Assembly (NCBI RefSeq): GCF_045862395.1
Contig: NZ_AP023087.1
Location: forward strand, 196,744 to 228,743
Direction of reading: 5' to 3'
Length of the DNA: 32,000 nucleotides
DNA from: Marinicellulosiphila megalodicopiae
Lineage (GTDB): Bacteria; Pseudomonadota; Gammaproteobacteria; Pseudomonadales; Natronospirillaceae
In this document: piece by piece, positions 27,731-32,000 of the stretch
Layout of the letters: the number at the start of each line of letters is the position of its first letter
Numbering within the stretch: position 1 is the first letter of the stretch
Notes under the pieces: generated by a model
Seen by the model: only the letters and a program-made list of their open reading frames with translations
What the model was told of the DNA's origin: nothing
Database searches by the model: none
Program-made: the position numbers and the translations under genes

Positions 27731-28990
27731 ATGAATTTTAAAAACACACTCTTAAGTATTTCCGTTTTAGCCGCCTCGACAATGAGTGCAAATATAGCCA
27801 ATGCAGCCGAAGTTGAAGTATTGCATTGGTGGACATCAGGTGGGGAGGCTAAGTCTATCTCGGTATTAAAAGATATGGTGCAGGTCGAAGGCCATGTTTG
27901 GAAAGATTTTGCAGTAGCAGGGGGCGGGGGAGAAAATGCAAAAACTGTTTTACGCTCACGTGTGGTGTCTGGTAATCCACCTACGTCTGCGCAAATAAAA
28001 GGTCTAGAAATTCAAGAGTGGGGCGAGCTTGGATTTTTAGCGGATTTATCTTCTGTTGCTAAAGCAAATAAATGGGATGCAATTTTACCGTCTGTGGTAT
28101 CAGATGTTATGAAGTACGAGGGTAAGTACGTTGCAGCCCCCGTTAATGTGCATCGTGTCAATTGGATGTGGGCAAATCCTGAAGTCTTTAAAAAAGCAGG
28201 CGTAGAAATTCCAACCACTCTACCAGAGCTATGGATGGCCGCTGATAAGATTAAAGCAGCAGGGTTTACCGCCATTGCGCATGGTGGCCAACCATGGCAA
28301 GACTTAACCACATTTGAGTCAATTGTATTGGCAGTTGGCGGCGCTGAATTTTTTGATCAAGCATTTGTTAAACATGATCCAAAAGCATTATCTAGTGCAA
28401 CTATGGTCAAAGCGTTTGATGAGTTTAGAAAGGTGAATCAATATTTGGATAATGGGTTTTCAGGTCGTGATTGGAACGTTGCAACGTCGATGGTCATTAA
28501 AGGTGAAGCAGCCATGCAATTTATGGGTGACTGGGCAAAAGGGGAATTTACCGCGGCAGGAAAAATGCCTGGTAAAGATTATGAGTGTCTAGCTTTTCCT
28601 GGAACAGAAGGCGAATTCACCTTTAATATCGATTCATTAGCCATGTTTAAGCAGAAAGACTCGAAAAAAGAAGCGGCACAAAATGTAATGGCGCAGCTTG
28701 TATTATCAGAGAAATTCCAAGATGTGTTTAATATGAACAAAGGCTCTATTCCTGCAAGAACCGATCAAGACATGTCAGGATTTGATAGTTGTGCTAAAGC
28801 ATCAATGAATACATTTAAACAAACAGCCTCAATGAAAAAAGGTTTGGTGCCTTCTATGGCGCACGGCATGTCGACCACTGCGGCGATTCAAGGGGCAATC
28901 TCTGATGTTGTTACTGAATTTTTTAATAGCGATATGAGCTCCAAAGAAGCCGTTGAAAAATTAGCACGATCAGTGAAAGCTGAAATGTAA
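27731..28990 (+). CDS. sugar ABC transporter substrate-binding protein
   Basis: Signal peptide ...SANIANA; VEVLHWWTSGGEAKS, MANPEVFKKAG, FMGDWAKGEF: CUT1 glucose/mannose-type SBP. Confidence 0.9.
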   Translation: MNFKNTLLSISVLAASTMSANIANAAEVEVLHWWTSGGEAKSISVLKDMVQVEGHVWKDFAVAGGGGENAKTVLRSRVVSGNPPTSAQIKGLEIQEWGELGFLADLSSVAKANKWDAILPSVVSDVMKYEGKYVAAPVNVHRVNWMWANPEVFKKAGVEIPTTLPELWMAADKIKAAGFTAIAHGGQPWQDLTTFESIVLAVGGAEFFDQAFVKHDPKALSSATMVKAFDEFRKVNQYLDNGFSGRDWNVATSMVIKGEAAMQFMGDWAKGEFTAAGKMPGKDYECLAFPGTEGEFTFNIDSLAMFKQKDSKKEAAQNVMAQLVLSEKFQDVFNMNKGSIPARTDQDMSGFDSCAKASMNTFKQTASMKKGLVPSMAHGMSTTAAIQGAISDVVTEFFNSDMSSKEAVEKLARSVKAEM

Positions 28991-29005
28991 AAAAATAATT
29001 AATGA

Positions 29006-29030
29006 AAAAGGCCAGTTAATCTGGCCTTTT
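29006..29030 (+). terminator. intercistronic terminator/attenuator after the SBP gene
   Basis: AAAAGGCCAG-TTAAT-CTGGCCTTTT. Confidence 0.8.
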
Positions 29031-29079
29031 ATTTGTCCGTATATTTTTTTAACGGTAGTCGATAAAAAATGGAATCAAT

Positions 29080-30003
29080 ATGACTTCAAATCAAAGTGTC
29101 CGCATTCCCAAAAAAAGACGTGGCTTGGGCGATGTTTTAGAAACATGGTTACCGAAAATAGTCATGTCACCGTCGCTAGTCTTAACTGTAGTTTTTATTT
29201 ATGGTTTTATTATTTGGACGTCGGTTTTATCTTTTACAAAATCAAGAATGTTACCTCAATATGAGTTTGTTGGTTTTGATCAATATGTAAAATTATTTCA
29301 AAATGATCGCTGGATGGATGCCTTACAAAATTTGGCAGTATTTGGCATATTATTTATTGCAATTTGTTTAGTTTTAGGATTGTTTCTTGCAATTCTATTG
29401 GATCAAAAAATCCGTGGTGAAGGGTTTATTCGAACAATTTATTTATACCCAATGGCGTTATCTTTTATTGTGACAGGCACTGTATGGAAATGGATACTAA
29501 ATCCTTCTGTTGGGCTTGAGAATTTCTTTCAATCGATAGGATTTGAAAATTTTGAATTTGATTGGTTAGTTAATCCTGATAAAGCCATTTACACTGTTGT
29601 GATTGCAGGAGTGTGGCAGTCATCAGGTTTTGTGATGGCATTATTTTTAGCTGGGCTTCGAAGTGTAGATGAATCCATTATTAAAGCCGCTCAAATAGAT
29701 GGCGCAAGTTTAAGCACTATTTATATCCGTATTATTATTCCTTCGTTGGGTCCTGTGTTTTTCTCTGCTGTGATTATGCTTGCGCATATTGCAATTAAAT
29801 CCTTTGATTTAGTTATGGCATTGACTGGAGGAGGGCCTGGAAATTCAACAGATGTTCCTGCTATTTTTATGTATCAATTTTCTTTTACTCGTTCGCGTAT
29901 TGGAATGGGAGCGGCCAGTGCTGTTGTAATGTTAATGGGTATTATCAGTATTTTAGTCCCATTTTTATATTCTCAATTAAGGAGTAAAAAAGATGAATAC
30001 TAA
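29080..30003 (+). CDS. sugar ABC transporter permease (CUT1)
   Basis: SLSTIYIRIIIPSLGPVFFSAVIMLAHIAIKSFDLVMALTGGGPG: inner-membrane EAA loop and GGGPG of CUT1 permeases. Confidence 0.93.
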   Translation: MTSNQSVRIPKKRRGLGDVLETWLPKIVMSPSLVLTVVFIYGFIIWTSVLSFTKSRMLPQYEFVGFDQYVKLFQNDRWMDALQNLAVFGILFIAICLVLGLFLAILLDQKIRGEGFIRTIYLYPMALSFIVTGTVWKWILNPSVGLENFFQSIGFENFEFDWLVNPDKAIYTVVIAGVWQSSGFVMALFLAGLRSVDESIIKAAQIDGASLSTIYIRIIIPSLGPVFFSAVIMLAHIAIKSFDLVMALTGGGPGNSTDVPAIFMYQFSFTRSRIGMGAASAVVMLMGIISILVPFLYSQLRSKKDEY

Positions 30004-30859
30004 ATATAAAAAAATCACAAAACGATCATTACTGTATGCATTAATTATTGTAATAGCCGCTTATTATTTATTGCCATTGATCTTAATGGTGGTGACATCA
30101 TTTCGATCGATGGAAGAAATAAGAATAGGACAGTTAATTCAATGGCCGAAATCGTTTAATTTTGATGCGTGGTCTCAAGCGTGGAATGAAGCGCAAATTG
30201 GAGCAAGAGAAGACAAAGGGCTAAAACCATATTTTATTAACTCACTTTTAATTGTGATTCCAGCGGTGGTGATCACAACCGTACTTGGTGCAATTAACGG
30301 ATATGTATTAAGTTTTTGGAAATTTAAAGGCAGTGAAATAGTGTTTGCTTTGATTTTATTTGGTTGTTTTATTCCCTTCCAAGCTATTTTATTACCTATG
30401 TCTCAATCGTTAGGTCGCATGGGAATTTCAGGATCCATCTATGGTTTGATTTTTGTGCATGTCATTTATGGACTGCCGTTTACAACATTATTTTTTAGAA
30501 ATTATTATATTTCAATTCCTGTTGAATTAATCAAGGCAGCAAAATTAGATGGAGCAGGGTTTTTAAGGATTTTCTTTAGAATTATTTTTCCATTAAGTAC
30601 GCCAATCATTGTGGTCAGTGTGATTTGGCAATTTACCCAAATCTGGAATGATTTCTTATTTGGCGTTACTTTTAGTGATCCAGATTCTCAACCTGTAACT
30701 GTCGGTTTAAATAATCTAGTAAACAGTTCAACAGGTGAAAAACGTTACAATGTAGATATGGCAGGTGCCATTATTGCTGCATTGCCTACCATCATTGTTT
30801 ATGTGCTTGCAGGTAAATATTTTGTACGCGGTTTAAGTGCCGGTTCAGTAAAGGGATAA
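29993..30859 (+). CDS. carbohydrate ABC transporter permease (CUT1)
   Basis: ELIKAAKLDGAGFLRIFFRIIFPLSTPIIVV is the EAA motif; overlaps the previous ORF by 11 nt. Confidence 0.93.
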   Translation: MNTKYKKITKRSLLYALIIVIAAYYLLPLILMVVTSFRSMEEIRIGQLIQWPKSFNFDAWSQAWNEAQIGAREDKGLKPYFINSLLIVIPAVVITTVLGAINGYVLSFWKFKGSEIVFALILFGCFIPFQAILLPMSQSLGRMGISGSIYGLIFVHVIYGLPFTTLFFRNYYISIPVELIKAAKLDGAGFLRIFFRIIFPLSTPIIVVSVIWQFTQIWNDFLFGVTFSDPDSQPVTVGLNNLVNSSTGEKRYNVDMAGAIIAALPTIIVYVLAGKYFVRGLSAGSVKG

Positions 30860-30863
30860 AAAA

Positions 30864-31973
30864 ATGGCTTCATTAACAATTAAAAATGTGACAAAAACCT
30901 ACAGTGCTAACCCAATTTTAAAAGGCATTGATTTAGAAATTAATGACAGTGAATTTATTATTTTAGTCGGGCCATCTGGTTGTGGAAAATCAACATTATT
31001 AAATAGTATTGCAGGGTTAGAAGATATTACATCAGGTGAAATATTAATTGATGATGAATTAATGAATGAAGTCGCGCCTAAAGATCGTGATATAGCAATG
31101 GTATTTCAAAGTTATGCGTTATACCCAACTATGAGTGTGCGTAAAAATATTGCATTTGGCTTGGAGATTCGTAAATTCACAAAACAGCAAATCAAACAAG
31201 AAGTAGAACGCGTTGCGGATTTATTACAAATTACCAATTTATTAGATCGAAAACCGGCTCAGTTATCAGGTGGTCAACGTCAGCGAGTTGCAATGGGTCG
31301 TGCATTAGCGCGAAAACCTAAAATCTATTTATTTGATGAACCCCTTTCAAATTTGGATGCGAAACTTCGAGTTGAAATGCGTTCTGAAATTAAAAAATTA
31401 CATCAAAGATTAAAGACAACCATTGTGTATGTCACGCACGATCAAATCGAAGCAATGACTTTGGCGGATAAAATTGCCATCATGAACGAAGGTCAAGTTC
31501 AGCAATACGCAACCCCTCAAGAAGTTTATGATAACCCTGTGAATATGTTTGTAGCAGGATTTATGGGATCAGTGTCTATGAATTTTATTACCTGTAAAAT
31601 CATTGATCATTCAGGTGAGTTATTTGCATTGTGGGAGGTGAATAATAAAAAATACGAAATTAATATTCCTTCAGAAAATGACAACTTAAAAAAATACATA
31701 GACTCTGAAGTGATTGTTGGATTAAGAGCAGAGCAAATTACTCAGGTGATTCCTCATCAAATTGACGAAAAATTTTGTACTGAATTTAGTGCGATTGTGG
31801 ATGTGGTGGAACCTACAGGGGCGGACACATTAATTACATTACAAATTAATAACCAAGATGTAAATTGTCGCGTGCATCCTGAGGCGAGTCGGCCAGTAGG
31901 GGAAGTAATTAAATTAATGGTGAATACACAAAAAGTTGTATTTTTTGATGTGAAAACTGAATATAGAATTTAA
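30864..31973 (+). CDS. sugar ABC transporter ATP-binding protein (UgpC/MalK/MsmX type)
   Basis: GPSGCGKSTLLNSIAG, LSGGQRQRVAMGRALARKP, LFDEPLSNLDAKLR, C-terminal TOBE-like domain. Confidence 0.95.
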   Translation: MASLTIKNVTKTYSANPILKGIDLEINDSEFIILVGPSGCGKSTLLNSIAGLEDITSGEILIDDELMNEVAPKDRDIAMVFQSYALYPTMSVRKNIAFGLEIRKFTKQQIKQEVERVADLLQITNLLDRKPAQLSGGQRQRVAMGRALARKPKIYLFDEPLSNLDAKLRVEMRSEIKKLHQRLKTTIVYVTHDQIEAMTLADKIAIMNEGQVQQYATPQEVYDNPVNMFVAGFMGSVSMNFITCKIIDHSGELFALWEVNNKKYEINIPSENDNLKKYIDSEVIVGLRAEQITQVIPHQIDEKFCTEFSAIVDVVEPTGADTLITLQINNQDVNCRVHPEASRPVGEVIKLMVNTQKVVFFDVKTEYRI

Positions 31974-32000
31974 AAATTGTGTTGGATTCATAAATATGAA

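Overview
This AT-rich window is probably from a gammaproteobacterium, an assignment I base only on gene style. Ordinary content, left to right: a truncated recQ, an HD-domain hydrolase, a single-domain globin, a GntR/YtrA-type regulator with an ABC transporter, a Tat-exported PhoX-like phosphatase behind a Pho-box-like repeat, an L-lactate dehydrogenase, mntP, a SRPBCC/GyrI-like protein, a YkgJ-like Cys-cluster protein and an orphan solute-binding lipoprotein. At the right end there are an Hpt/HD-GYP-like protein and a CUT1-type sugar ABC transporter operon. The main discovery candidate is the five-gene + strand operon at 14785-20076. It encodes (1) an exported protein with a CsgG/FlgO-like N-terminal part and a possible beta-barrel C-terminal part, (2) an Asn-rich TPR lipoprotein, (3) a 643-aa protein that reads as a natural fusion of a reduced FliF (RBM3-like domain plus C-terminal TM) to FliG (middle and torque domains), (4) a MotA-like and (5) a MotB-like stator subunit. 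No FliM/FliN, rod, hook or export gene lies nearby, which suggests a minimal, non-canonical ion-driven motor. It is followed convergently, 3 nt away, by a 955-aa PKD-like lipoprotein built from three ~300-aa supermodules. A RAYT/Y1-type transposase is flanked by two arrays of related repeats in opposite orientation, and its 3' end is duplicated 332 bp downstream. Two decayed genes (an FG-GAP repeat protein and an S41 peptidase tail) lie just upstream of the motor operon. All homology calls are from reading the protein sequences; no database search was run.
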